From NCBI GenBank assembly GCA_951406725.2, contig OX597818.1, forward strand, positions 77,934,001 through 77,998,000: a DNA stretch of 64,000 nucleotides, read 5' to 3'. This document shows, piece by piece, positions 38,725 to 51,833 of this stretch. The notes below the pieces were generated by a model, which saw only the letters and a program-made list of their open reading frames with translations, searched no databases and was not told where the DNA came from. Within the stretch, counting starts at the first letter, position 1, and every line of letters begins with the position of its first letter. Made by a program: the position numbers and the translations under genes. Source of the DNA: Octopus vulgaris. Taxonomy: Eukaryota.

Positions 38725-39480
38725 TTCAACACCACCTCAGCAGCTACCCCAGAGGTTTAGCTGATGGCCGCTATCACTGGCGGCACGACCTGGTGCTCAG
38801 GACGATTGCCGATGTGACATCGACGGCTATTCAATCCAGTAAATATCATTCCAGGAAAGAAACCACCACTTTTCTCAAAGCCAGAGAGAAGTGATGGCTT
38901 TCTCAAAGTCCAGCAAAGTCCGAGTATGATGCCTAATTTCCACAGTTCCAGACTGACAGCTGAAAGTGAATCTCGCTGGACGGGTGAAGTCGTCAGATCA
39001 CATAGTACTAACAGTACTCAGCCCAGACATAGTGATTTTCTCAAATTCCACCAAACAAGTGATCATGTGGGAACTCCATATGCCCTTGGAGGAACACATG
39101 GAGAAAATTTGCCAAATACCAGGAGCTGGAAGAGCAATCTAGAAACAGGGGCTTGCAAGTACGTTCTGAGGCAGCAGAAGTGAGCTATCGAGGTTTTGTG
39201 AGGCTTTCATTCTTGAAAGTTCTGACTGGGTCTGTAGGTACTAGTGCAGCAAAGAGGAGGACTATGAATTCTCTCACTGAAGTATTAAAAAAGGCCACTG
39301 GGTGGCTTTGGATAAAGAGGGCAGACCAGTGATTTGATGCTTTTGGGATGCAAGCTGGGACTTAATCCACCCGGCTGAGTCAACTTGGCGAGTGGGGTCT
39401 GATGTTGAAAGACATGAATTCCCCTGAGACTCCAGAAACATCACTGATGAGGCAGCCCAGAGCATTCGCAAGATGTATCT
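38725..39480 (+). mobile_element. HERO-type RLE LINE 3' fragment
   Basis: LADGRYHWRHDLVL, FLKAREK, LSPDIVIFSNSTKQVIMWEL..PLEE, EVSYRGF, WLWIKR, and 3' UTR TCTGATGTTGAAAGAC...CATCACTGATGA. Confidence 0.82.
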
Positions 39481-40283
39481 TAAAGCTGCGCGCGCACACA
39501 CTAACACACACACACACACACACACACGAGCCGGTATAAATATTGGTTGGTTGATTCTCCAGTCGTGTTTCACATAGTATATAAAAAAAAAGTTAGCATA
39601 AAAGGCACAGGATGAGTATACATACGAGGCTTAGAGACAGGCAGTGATAGATAACCTTATGAAAAATATACATTTTCAATGAGATTTTGTAGGGATATGT
39701 TTCCGACGATGTTGATGGTAATTATGTTGATAAAATGCATAAAAAATAACATATGTAGTGCAAATATACAAATGAGAAATATATTTTATTCAATTTTATT
39801 TTGAAATAATCAACATTTTTCTATTCAAATTTTACTATTTATTTCATAATTTTCTAAGAGTAGTAAGAAATTGGGTCAAATTGTAATTGTTGCATTTACG
39901 CCATATTTCTTGACAAAATAGTACCATAAGAATTTTCATCACATAAGGGGCAACAGTCTAGTGCGTGTGATGCAGAATATAATAAAATTATATATAATTA
40001 AAAAAGACACACAAACAAATGACATCTCACTCTCATATTAATGAGAAGCTGTCATTTATGTTGCGCCAAATTATCATGCGATTCAAACCTCCATTACTAT
40101 TAGTTATATAGCAACCTGGCACACTCGCGTAAATATTGACACGAAAATACATCGGTGGCACTTTTTACCAATATTCTATCGTATTTTAAATCTAGCACCG
40201 TTTCTTCGTATACCGTAATTCCCAACCTTTTCACAACCCGTTTATTTAAATGAGTTTTCTCAAGGACCCCTTTTAATATGCTT

Positions 40284-40284
40284 A

Positions 40285-40322
<38 letters not shown>

Positions 40323-40761
40323 TGTGTGTGTGTGTATGTATGTATATGTGTGTGGGTGTTGCATACATGTGTGTACATATATATATGCATGTGTGTGTAT
40401 ATATGCATGTGTGTGCATATATGTGTGTGTGTAAATATATGTATATGTGTATATATACGTATGTGTGTATATATGCGTATGCGTGTATATATACGTGTAT
40501 ATATATATGTATGTGTGTACATATGTGTGTGTATATATATGCGTGTGTATATATATATATGTGTGTATATATATGTGTGTGTATATATATATATATATGT
40601 GTGTATATATATATATGTGTGTGTGTGTATATATATGTGTGTATATGTATGTGTATATATATGTGTGTGTGTGTATATATGTGTGTATATATATGTGTGT
40701 ATATATATATGTGTGTGTGTGTATATATATATGTGTATGTGTGTGTGTGTATATATATATA

Positions 40762-40792
<31 letters not shown>

Positions 40793-40807
40793 GCATGTGT
40801 GTATATA

Positions 40808-40852
<45 letters not shown>
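40284..40852. repeat. Alternating purine-pyrimidine (TA/TG) low-complexity tract
   Basis: Direct reading. Confidence 0.98.
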
Positions 40853-40856
<4 letters not shown>

Positions 40857-42230
40857 CAATCTTACTTAGAAATGGATGTGTGCGTTCCGTCATATAATAA
40901 ATTAGTAAATAAATAAAACATATGCATATATACATACATGTATGTACGTGCCTACCTCTACATGTATATATATATATATGCATATATGGGTACAGGACAC
41001 AAAAAAACGTCGAACACAATGAGAAACGAAAACATAAACACAAAACCAGGGAAATGGACATTTTTCTTAAACAACGAAAAAATAGAGTACAGGACATACA
41101 AAACAAGGAAAATTCCCCTTCTTCAGTCGCCTTTGTTTCATCTATTCCACGTTCGAAGGTCAAGGCGATACATGACTTTAATGAAACAATCCTTCCCGCG
41201 AAAATCAAATTAAATAAAATTTGAGATTTTTTTGCGGAGGGGTAAAAATAGTAACAAAAACAGGACAGTAACGACAGTACAAAATATAAACAGTAAAAGA
41301 CAGGACAAGGAGAATAACAGTAACACAAACAAGAAGGGCTGTTAAGCCGAACGTGATAAAATTTTTTACGAACGCTATGTTTTGAGAACGGTGAGGGAGC
41401 AACAGAAAGTGCCGTCTCTACTTGAAGGTAGCAAGGACAGAAAGACAGTAGCAGAGTTCTCGTCGCGGGTCAACGACGGGAGGGAGGAGAAGGAGTAAGA
41501 GAAAGGGAGAGAAAAAAAGAAATGGTTGTAGAGAAAAGAATGAAGAATGAGAGAGAGAGAGAGGGAGAGACAGTAAGGTAGAAGAAAAGGAACGCCAAAA
41601 GAATGAAGGCTGAGAAAGGGAGGGGGAGAGAAAGGTTAAGAGTGCGCATCATTATTAATATTAAGAACAATCTTACTTAGAAATGGATGCGTGCGTTCCG
41701 TCATATAATAAATTAGTAAATAAATAAAACATATGCATATATACATACATATATGTACGTACCTACCTCTACATGTATATATACATGCATATATGGGTAC
41801 AGGACACCAAAAAAAACATCGAACACAATGAGAAACGAAAACATAAACACAAAACCAGGGAAATGGACATTTTTCTTAAACAACGAAAAAACAGAGTACA
41901 GGACATACAAAACAAGGAAAATTCTCCTTCTTCAGTCGCCTTTGTTTCATCTACTTTACGTTTCGAAGGTCAAGGCGATACATGACTTTAATGAAACAAT
42001 CCGTCCCGCGAAAATCAAATTAAATAAAATCTGAGATTTTTTTTGCGGAGGGGTAAAAATGGTAACAAAAACAGGACAGTAACGACAGTACAAAATATAA
42101 ACAGTAAAAGACAGGACGAGGAGAATAACAGTATCTCGTTTGGCTTAACAGTCCTTTTTGTTTGTGTTACTGTTATTCTCCTTGTCCTGTCTTTTACTGT
42201 TTATATTTTGTACTGTCGTTACTGTCCTGT
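40853..42230. mobile_element. Non-coding element: about 470-bp direct repeats (40853 and 41664), purine-rich spacer, terminal fold-back (42133-42230); Penelope pseudo-LTR or retrozyme-like
   Basis: AGAACAATCTTACTTAGAAATGG starts both repeats; 42137-42230 is the reverse complement of about 41260-41352; hammerhead-like parts on the minus strand. Confidence 0.7.
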
Positions 42231-43045
42231 GTGCATATATATATATGTATGTATATGTGTGTATGTATATGTGTGTATATATATGTGTGTATATATGTGT
42301 GTATATATGTATATATATGTGTGTATATATATGTGTGTATGGATATGTGTGTATATATATATATGTATGTGTGTATATATATATGTATGTATGTGTGTGT
42401 ATATATATATGTATGTATGTGTGTGTATATATATATGTATGTATGTGTGTGTATATATATATGTATGTATGTGTGTGTATATATATATGTATGTATGTGT
42501 GTGTATATATATATGTATGTATGTGTGTGTATGTATATATATATGTATGTATGTGTGTGTATGTATATATATATGTATGTATGTGTGTGTATGTATATAT
42601 ATATGTATGTATGTGTGTGTATGTATATATATATATGTATGTATGTGTGTGTATGTATATATATATGTATGTATGTGTGTGTATGTATATATATATGTAT
42701 GTGTGTGTATGTATATATATATGTATGTGTGTGTATGTATATATATATATGTATGTATGTGTGTATATATATATATGTATGTATATGTGTGTATATATAT
42801 GTATGTATATGTGTGTATATATATATATGTACATATGTGTATATATGTACATATGTACACATATGCGTGTATGTGTGTATATGTGTATATGTGTTTATAT
42901 GTGTATATGTGTGTATATGTGTGTATATGTACATAGCTGTATATATGTACATAGATGTATATATGTACATAGATGTATATATGTACATAGATGTATTCAT
43001 GTACATATATGTATACGTATATATGTAAATGTATACGTGTATATG
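42230..43045. repeat. Alternating purine-pyrimidine tract with about 26-30-bp higher-order unit
   Basis: (ATATATATATGTATGTATGTGTGTGT)n-like. Confidence 0.97.
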
Positions 43046-44329
43046 TTAACTTGTAGCTAAGCCCGGTTTCACTCGGTCTGTTTGGATGATGTGGCTGTAA
43101 TCGTTTTCGGTTAGGCCTAATCCATAACAGCGTTTCTCAACCTTATCATTTCGGGACCCCTGTTTCGTTTGGAGCCTCCAGCTGTATGAAAATTTCCTGA
43201 TTCCCCACTCCCTTCTCAGAAAACAGCTTCAGGAGTTGTGAAGAACTTAGTCTGTTTCCGAGAACTATTTTATAGGATCTCTGTCTAATCATTAAAACAT
43301 TGATTTAATTATGAACATAGAAAGAAATTATACATTAATCCCTATTTTTTTAAGCAGTTGTATTCGTAAAAATGTTATTTGCGGAGAGCAGAAATTGGAA
43401 GAAGATATATGAAATGGACATGTGTGTAGTGTGTATGTGTGTGTGTGTGTGTGTGTGTGTAGTGTGTGTGCGTGCTTGCGCGTGTGTATGTGAAGGAGAA
43501 AGAGGGTGAGAAAGAGAGATAGAGTGAGTGAGTGGAGGTGTGTGTCGTGATGACTGACGTCTTTTAAGGTATACACTCATACATAGAAAATGTGAGGTCA
43601 TCGTATAAAATTTTTACGATAGTTGATTTATGGAAAACATTACGTTAAATTTTTGAAATGCAAATATGTGAATGAAAATTAAGTTTCAGACCTCTGCATG
43701 GTAGCTAGACCCGGTAGAAATAGCAGCCAAATCTCCCTCAAAACACCCTACTATACTAATCCGACAATTCTGCTTATTATGTAGTTTTAGTGAGAAACTG
43801 TAACTAAAAATTAAGCTTATTAACCTCACATAGAGGTGAAAGAAGGGAGACACCATAGTGAAAGTTTTGGCTGACTGTCATCTTGTACTCACCTTGTTAC
43901 TAGCGAAATGGTATATGCCGGCTGCGTGAGCAACTGGTTGTTTTAACGGCGGAACAAACAGGGGAAATCCATTAGAAAAGTTTTAAACGATTTTCTCGGT
44001 AAGTATGGGGGCTAGGAAAAAATACGAACTGCATTCCAATCTATGCACTCGTCTCCACATGTATGTCATTGTCTTGCACTATTTTATTCCTTTGGAATAA
44101 TACCAGTGATATCTTCGAAACATGTGTCGGAAGTAAAAGAATTTGAATAACACATGCGTTTAACTCCATTTATTTATTTATATATATTAAACAAAATATT
44201 TCACGTAAACCCGACGTTTCTACCCATAAAGATAAGGAGTTACAACCTGTTTACTTGTGTTATTGTTTGCTACCCTGGTAACTATTTATCTATTTTTCCG
44301 TGTTAATTGTTAACAAGGGAAAAATTCAC

Positions 44330-44690
44330 ACATCTATTTATATATTTATATATGTATATATATTATTTATATATGTATACATATTTAGGTATGTATATAT
44401 CTATATATATATATATATATATATTTATTTATTTATTTATTTATTTATATATATATTTATTTATATATATATTTATTTATATATATATTTATTTATATAT
44501 TTATTTATTTATATATTTTTATATATTTATATATTTATTTATTTATATATTTATATATATATATTTATTTATATACATTTATATTATATGTATATTTATA
44601 TATATATACATACATACATATATATATTTATATATACATATATGTATTTATACATATATATATATATATATACATTTATTTATATACAAT
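44330..44690. repeat. (TA)n/(TATT)n low-complexity tract
   Basis: Direct reading. Confidence 0.97.
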
Positions 44691-44753
44691 TTTTTTGCTT
44701 AATAAGATAAAAAACCAAGGCTGTATAGATATTAGAGCATTTATAGATAGAAG

Positions 44754-44805
44754 ATCTTACAGCTGTTTCTAGGTTATTAATTACTAATATTCCTTCATCG
44801 GAGAC
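44754..44805 (-). ncRNA. Hammerhead-ribozyme-like motif (type I, U4C variant core)
   Basis: Minus strand: GTCT-CCGATGA-AGG...CCT-A-GAAA-CAGCTG-TA-AGAT; palindromic stem III ACAGCTGT, GUA triplet. Confidence 0.55.
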
Positions 44806-44847
44806 GGCATGAGAGGAAAATTAAGTCATAATTAGTTTAGATGTGAT

Positions 44848-44898
<51 letters not shown>

Positions 44899-44899
44899 C

Positions 44900-46075
44900 T
44901 ATTTCTTATTTTTTCTGTAGTTTCATCTCAGAGCTGCGGTCCTGCTGATGCCCCGCTGTTTTGCTACAATGTTATTACTGAGAGCCTCCTCCAATATGTG
45001 GCACTTGGTGAGGAATGGAGTTTGATGTAGCTACCCTCATTTGCACCTATTGACGTGATGTAGGTTCATCTGAGACTCTCGACAGAAGAGGTCGAACCTT
45101 GATTTAAAAACGCCTACATTTACTTTGTGCTGCTTCCCCAGGCTGTTTAGGAGAATATTAAAAAGCCGTGGGCCCCTGAAACCTAGGCTGTTGCAGTAAC
45201 TGGTCCTGAAGCGCGATCGCGTTGCTGGGATCTTTGTCACTATGCAGCGTCGTCCCGTTCTGGCATTGGTGTAACTTTCAGCGCCAAAATTTGGCACAGT
45301 TCCTTCCAGGATCTTCCTGATATATATTACTGCATACCTCTCCCGTTTTCTTTCCACTGTGTAGAGTCTTAGCTGTTTCAGCCTTTCTCAGTTGCTGAGG
45401 AGTTGCAAAGATACGATCTTCGTGAATCTTCTCTGAATTGCTTCAAGGTCCGCTGTTAATTTCTCACTGGTGGGGGACCATAGCTGCGAACAGTAAGCCA
45501 GGCGGCTGAGGACAAATGTCCTCCAGAGGAATATCATGGTTTCCTTATCTCTGGTTCTGAATGTTCTCAGGATCCATCCAGCCAGTCGTCTGCACTCTGT
45601 TGCCATCCTGGTTATGTGCACTTGGAAAGAGCAGGGCTTGGAATTTTTCAGCATTAAACTGATTATTATTATATTATTCTGTAAATTGGGTCCAACTCCT
45701 GCTGCAGATGTGCAACATTGCTGGGGTTCTGTATTTTCTGCGAGATTTTCGTATCATCTGCGTAGCTTGCAAGGGTGGCTATCCGGGCACTTGAGGGCAT
45801 AGCTGAGAGGGCCACTATAAAAAGCAGTGGTCCGATGACAGTGCCCTGTGGAACACCGCTCACTATTTGTGTTTTCATAGAGGTGGCTACATTAGCCACT
45901 ACTGCCTGACTTCTATCTTTCAGAAAGTCATGTAACCACTCTCCAAGTTTTCCAGCTATGCCGAGATCACGCAGTTTGTGGCATATCATACCGTGATCCA
46001 CCTTGTCAAAAGCTTTTGCAAAATCAAGGTATATTACGTTCACATTTGGAAAATGAAGGTATATTACGTCCACAA
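44900..46075 (-). mobile_element. CR1-group LINE, 5'-truncated RT and 3' end
   Basis: VIYLDFAKAFDKVDH, SGVPQGTVIGPLLF, YADDTK, WRTFVLSRLAYCSQLWSP, LEAIQRRFTK, GPRLFNIL. Confidence 0.93.
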
Positions 46076-46099
46076 ATATATATACATATATTTATATAT

Positions 46100-47769
46100 T
46101 GATGTATTTGGGGATGGTCATGTTGCCAGTTTAGTCAATAAAACACACGTTGTTGTTAATTTGCTTCAGCTTTATTTTATTTTTTACATTAATCATATTT
46201 CGACCAGAGTTCTTTCGTCACACTTCTGTGACCTCATCAGTGGTTCTTTGCTTTCTTGTTTCTTATTTGTGTGTCTTTCCTTACTACCGATCAGCCATTC
46301 CTATTGTTTGTGTCCTTATTTGCGCATGCATATACCTCTGTGTGTCTGTTTAGTGCGCGCGTGTGTGGGTGTGGGTGGGGGTGCCTGTATTATCTGTATC
46401 CTCTGTTTATACACGTTCGTTTAATTTGTTTTTAATTATTTTGTTCATGTGTTTATACCTACTTATTTTTTAAAATTCTTTCTTTTTTGAATTTAATTTA
46501 ATTTTGTTAACGTATATAGTTATTTAATTCCATTTGTTTATATGTATTGTATTATTCATATTGTTATCAGTTTACGGGGATCTTATTCTGTCATATTTTA
46601 TGGTGTGTTGGGTGTGTGTGCTAGTGTTCCATTCCAGTTTATCTTCTAGGTTTATCTTCTATTATGTGTGTAGCTTCTGTAATTTGTCTAAGCGTGGACA
46701 AGATTTTAACTTCTATGTGTGGACAAGATTTTAACTTCTACGTGTGCCCCGTGTTCCTGCCCGACGTGCTGGTATAGAACCGATGAGTTCTTCTCTTCCT
46801 TAAGTTCCTTCCAATACTCATTTATCCGCTCTCCTATGCTCCGTGCTGTTTCCCCTACGTACGCCGCTGTCGTGTTACTGCACCTCCCTCTGTACATCTT
46901 ATACTATAGACTACATTTCTTGCTTTACAGCTTGTTTATGGACTAAATCTACATACAGTACAGTTTTTAACAGTACAGGGGGTTCTACTAAAAGCGTAGT
47001 TTCTACCGATTAGGGATTTGATAGGGTTGCCTGGTCTTTCATCAACCTTAATTCTTAGCTTAAGTTTGTCTAGGGCCCTTCTAAAGCGGTACTCCAGTTC
47101 GCCTCTAGGGGTGGTGTCGACCAACATGAGACTCTGGTATTTGTGGCTATCATACCAAGAGTTGGCCTTCCCTATTTTCTTCTTAGTCCTTTCAATGGTG
47201 TTCCATGACTTGCTCCTATAGAGTGGGCAAATCCCATTCCTATCGTTACGTAAAGTAGTTTCGAATTTCCTCATGGCTCCTTTGTATACTCTGATCCTTT
47301 CTTTATGTCTGTAACCTGAGAACTGCATGCGGTGAACGAAATGTTGTATGTATCTCTTTAACTCTGTAGGGTCGCACATGCGGGACACATTTCGCATTTC
47401 TCTGACAAGGTCTGCCATCAATATATTGAATTTGGCATTGTCCGCGATAGCTGAGTTCCGGCGGATCAGGTATCTGGAGGCCATATGTTTGGCATAGTGT
47501 GAATGAAGGATTCGGGTTTTATTATTCTCAGTTTCCAGCCAGAGTTCTGTATCTAGTACTGGTAGTCTATGGTTAGGGTGTTTTATAGGGTAGTCTTTCT
47601 TGACCTTAATACCCTGGTGGATGGAGTTAGCTCTTTGCTGGATGCTCTCCATAGTATTAGTTTCAATTTCTATTTTAAGAGTACTCTCTTGTGAGGGTGC
47701 CTTTACCACTACGTTGATATCATCGACATAGTGAGAGTACATGTTCACGAGTATGGAGTTCTGTGCCAT
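46100..47769 (-). mobile_element. Penelope-like element (probably Neptune type): RT C-terminal half, Cys linker, GIY-YIG, 3' pseudo-LTR
   Basis: 277-aa ORF with YVDDI, LPVLD, FSGY, CTVKNCTVC; then YVGETARSIGERINEY...LYQH; hammerhead downstream on the same strand. Confidence 0.9.
46203..46244 (-). ncRNA. Minimal type I hammerhead ribozyme
   Basis: Minus strand: ACCA-CTGATGA-G-GTCACA-GAAG-TGTGAC-GAAA-G-AA-C-TC-TGGT; intact core, 6-bp stem II, 4-bp stem I, CUC triplet. Confidence 0.8.
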
Positions 47770-48348
47770 ATGTATATATGTATGTATATATGTATATGCA
47801 TATGTTTGTATGTATAGATATATGTATGCATATATGTACGTGTATATGTGTATATACGTATGTATATCTGTATATGTATATACGTTGTATATATATATCT
47901 GTATGTGTATATACGTATGTATATCTGTATATGTATATAGGTTGTATATATATATCTGTATATGTATATACGTATGTATATATATATGTATGTATATATG
48001 TGTATATTTATATGTGTATATTTATATATGTGTATATGTATATACGTATGTATATATGTGTATATGTATATACGTATGTATATATGTGTATATGTATATA
48101 CGTATGTATATATGTGTATATGTATATACGTATGTATATATGTGTATATGTATATACGTATGTATATATGTGTATATGTATATACGTATGTATATATATG
48201 TGTATATGTATATACGTATGTATATATATGTGTATATGTATATACGTATGTATATCTGTATATGTATATACGTATGTATATGTGTATATGTATGTATATG
48301 TGTATAAGTGTATGCATATATGTGTATGTATATATGTGTATATGTATA
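47768..48348. repeat. Alternating purine-pyrimidine tract with 28-bp unit TACGTATGTATATATGTGTATATGTATA
   Basis: Direct reading. Confidence 0.97.
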
Positions 48349-48780
48349 TCGGAGTAAATGCGCTAGGTAGTGTTTACGTATAATCACAATTTTAAGTTCG
48401 TTGAAATATGTTTGTCCCACATTTCGCCTGCTAAAGGCAAATACACTGCAGTTTGTGGGAAAAATAATCTTCCTTATTGTAAAGAGGCGTGAAAACACCC
48501 CGTTCATTCAGTGTTGCCCTGTCTCGGGAATCTGAGAAACTGACAAAGCTTGTAGCATTATATATATTTCAGCCAGCTCATTGACTGATTTGCATTAGTA
48601 GGTCGCCCGATCGAGAAAAATATCAGAGTAAATGCGTTAAGCAGTGTTTACGTACAATCACGACTTAGGTTAATTGAAAAACGTTTGTCGCATATTTCAA
48701 CTGCTAAAGGCAAATACACTGCGGTTACCGTGGAAAAAAGATTCTCTCTTACGGTAAAACGGTGTGAAAACAACCCGTTC
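48347..48780. repeat. Diverged about 160-bp direct repeat (48347-48507 and 48621-48780)
   Basis: Shared GAGTAAATGCG, GTGTTTACGTA, CTGCTAAAGGCAAATACACTGC, GTGAAAACA.CCCGTTC. Confidence 0.85.
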
Positions 48781-49039
48781 GACTATGAGTTCGGTGCATC
48801 TTAGTACTCTAATTTTTAATTACTGTAATACAACGTCCCTCTTCAAATATCGCTTAACGAAATACATTCATAATAACCTACTTTGAATCACTTGCCAGTA
48901 GGTGGGTGAAGTTGAATTAGGAAAGAGTACTTGCTTTTGGATTAGTGATGTTCCATAATTGGCCCGGGTTGGAGACCCTCCTGTGTTAGGAGAATTGCCT
49001 CATTCGTTTGCATTTTATATATACTTTTTACTCAGCGGC

Positions 49040-49083
<44 letters not shown>

Positions 49084-49704
49084 TTGGACTGATGGGTATA
49101 CGTCGATTTGTGTGTTGATATATTGAGTAAAGCACTGGCACGGTTTGGGCTACCTGGTGTCATCCGCAGTTGGGGTATATTTCCGTTGGATCTACTTCAG
49201 GAATTCCGCAGTGTTAGTTGAAATAATATAATTGATTAATTAAACAGAAGATGGATTTGACAGTCTATATTTTGTGTGATGATCGTCTCGACCCATCCTG
49301 CTATTGTTCCTTATGGGTGGGATTCAATGCATCATGTGTTGCATCCATTTTGCAGTCTGGGTCACATGAGGTACATTCATACATAAAGTGGTGTGTCGCT
49401 GAAGATCTTGAATTTGGGCGATCGTGCTGTTATTTGTCCGTTCGAGTAAGGGAATGAAGCATTGCTACAATTGTCATTGTTATTGAATGTCCATAACGAA
49501 GATAGTAAATAATTGTAACTATAAACATATACTCCGTAGATAAGAAAAAGAGAAAAAAACCCCCCCAAAAACTTATATAAATATATATATATATATATAT
49601 AAATATAAAAGGAGCAAAAATACTGGAGATTCAGTATATATATATATATAAAAGCTGGCTTGGTAATGTTCACTTCATTCGATATCCCTGAGGAAAATGT
49701 TATT

Positions 49705-50860
49705 AAGGAAGTGAAATGGCGCAGTCATTGGTGTCTGAAAAATACCTTGCGGTATTCTTCCGGTACTATACGTTCTGAGCTCAAAACCCACTGAGGTGAA
49801 CTTTACCTTTCATCCTTTTGGTATCGATAAATTACCAGTCAAGTACCGGCGTAGATGTAATCGACTTTTCCCCACACCTCGAAACTGTTGACTCTGTACC
49901 AAAATCGGATAATTCTTCTTCTTCTTCTTCTTCTTCTTCTTCTTCTTCTTCTTCTTCTTCTTCTTCTTGTTAAGGGCAGCGAGCTGGCGGAATCGTTAGC
50001 ACACCGGGCAAATGCTTAGTAGTATTTCGTCCGTCTTTAAATTCTGAGTTCAAACTCCGTCGAGGTTGAGTTTGACTTTCATCATTTCGGGGTCAATTAA
50101 AATAAGTACCGTTTGAGCACTGGAGCCGATGTAATCTACTTTACTTCTCTCCTGAAGTTGCTGGCCTTGTTTTATTATTATTGTTATTGTCGATGTTCTT
50201 TTGTACTTCCTGCTTTATATTCGTAGAGGTCAGCCCAAAAGTGGGCCTGAGACACTGTAGGTAAGATGTCACTCAACTACCGTATCCCGAGCAACATCAG
50301 TATTTATGTGGTCTAGAAAATCGTAAGACTAGGAACAGCTCACAAACTGCGGAGAATGCTATCAATCAAGTGGCATCTTAATAATAATAATAATAATTTC
50401 TACTAAAGGCACAAGGCCTGAAATTTTGGGTGAGGGGACTAGTCAGTGTTTTACTGATACTTAATTTGTCTATCCCGAAAGGAGGAAAGGCAAAGTCCAC
50501 CTCGGTGAAATACCGCTAAGCATTTCATCCTCCGTGCTAACGATTCTCTCAGCATGCCGCCCTCTTAATAATTATAATAACGGTTTCAAATTATGCCACA
50601 AGGGCAGCAATTTTGGAAGAGGGGATGAGTCGATCACACTGACCCCAGTGTTCAACTGGTACATATTTCATCGACCCCGAAAGACTGAAAAGCAAAGTCG
50701 ACGGCAGCGGAATTTGAACTCAAAACTTAAAAACTATGAAATGCTGCTAAGCATTTTGCTCGGCGCGGTAATGATTTGGTCAACTCTCCGCCCATTTAAT
50801 TATATTCATAATAATCCTTTCTATTATAAGTACAAAGCCTGGAACTTTGCGGGAGAGGGC

Positions 50861-50895
<35 letters not shown>

Positions 50896-51282
50896 TAATA
50901 ACCCTTTCTACTCAAGGCATAAGACCTGAAATTTGGTGGGGAGGGAACTAGTCGATTACATCAACACCAGTGTTTCACAGGTACTTAGTTTATCGACCCT
51001 GAAAGTTTGAAAGGCAAAGTCAAACTCGGCTGAATTTGAATTCAGAACGTAGCGACGAGTGAAGTACCACTAAGCATTTCGTCCAGCGTGGTAACGATTC
51101 TGCCAGCTCATCGACTTAATAATAATAATAATAATAATTATTATTATTATTATCCTCTCTACTATAGGCACAAGTGAGGGGACTTTAAGAGTCGATAAAA
51201 ATAATTACCGGTTAAGTATATGGATCGATGTAACCGACTTCCTTTCTCCCACTAAAAATTGCAGGTCTTGTCAAAATTTAAA

Positions 51283-51285
<3 letters not shown>
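49705..51285. mobile_element. Cluster of SINE family A copies (plus strand 49705-50170, minus strand 50395-51118) with a Dong 3' fragment (about 50250-50390) and (CTT)n, (AAT)n tracts
   Basis: Repeated SINE A motifs; KIVRLGTAHKLRRMLSIK followed by (AAT)n. Confidence 0.82.
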
Positions 51286-51325
<40 letters not shown>

Positions 51326-51833
51326 AACTTAATATCATTTACCATAATTTATTATTAATATTCATTATTTGTATCATTTATTTATGTTCATGTTGTGTTT
51401 GTCTTAATCTAGTTTAAGATTAACAAAAACCTTGATCCGAGATGACAGTCATCCGACAGTTTTGATTTTCTAATCCCAATGTCGATGATTGTGAAATTTG
51501 ATACATTAAACATGCATGTATTTATTCTACATCATAATCTATACAGAAAGCCTGCTATAAAACAGATTACAATAATACGTTTACTATTATAATTATTAGT
51601 TTATTAGTTATGGTTCAATGGATTAGAAAAATTGGTAGATCAGTGGATTAATTGTCTTACAGTATTTAGCTGTAACTTTCTATTCGTGAGTTCATATTCT
51701 GCTCAATTCATCTTCACCATTCCTCGTTCCAAGGTCAATAACTCTAAATATCAGCAACGTCTTGATATGGGGTCAATTGTCAATCGTCTTCCCTTACACA
51801 TTTATGACCTTATGTGTCGAAATTATTTATGTA

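Noticed and set aside
40100-43060. Multiple 130-345-aa Y/I/C/V/H/T-rich ORFs (also 44300-44710 and 47741-48507)
   Set aside because: Microsatellite artefacts
43053-44190. Possible non-autonomous Helitron/Helentron-type element (AGCTAAGCCCGGTTTCACTCGG start)
   Set aside because: Only vague resemblance; diagnostic terminal hairpin and ends could not be verified
46028-46075. Short local duplications (CR1 5' junction; also 46693-46740)
   Set aside because: Ordinary slippage or insertion-junction duplications of about 20-27 bp
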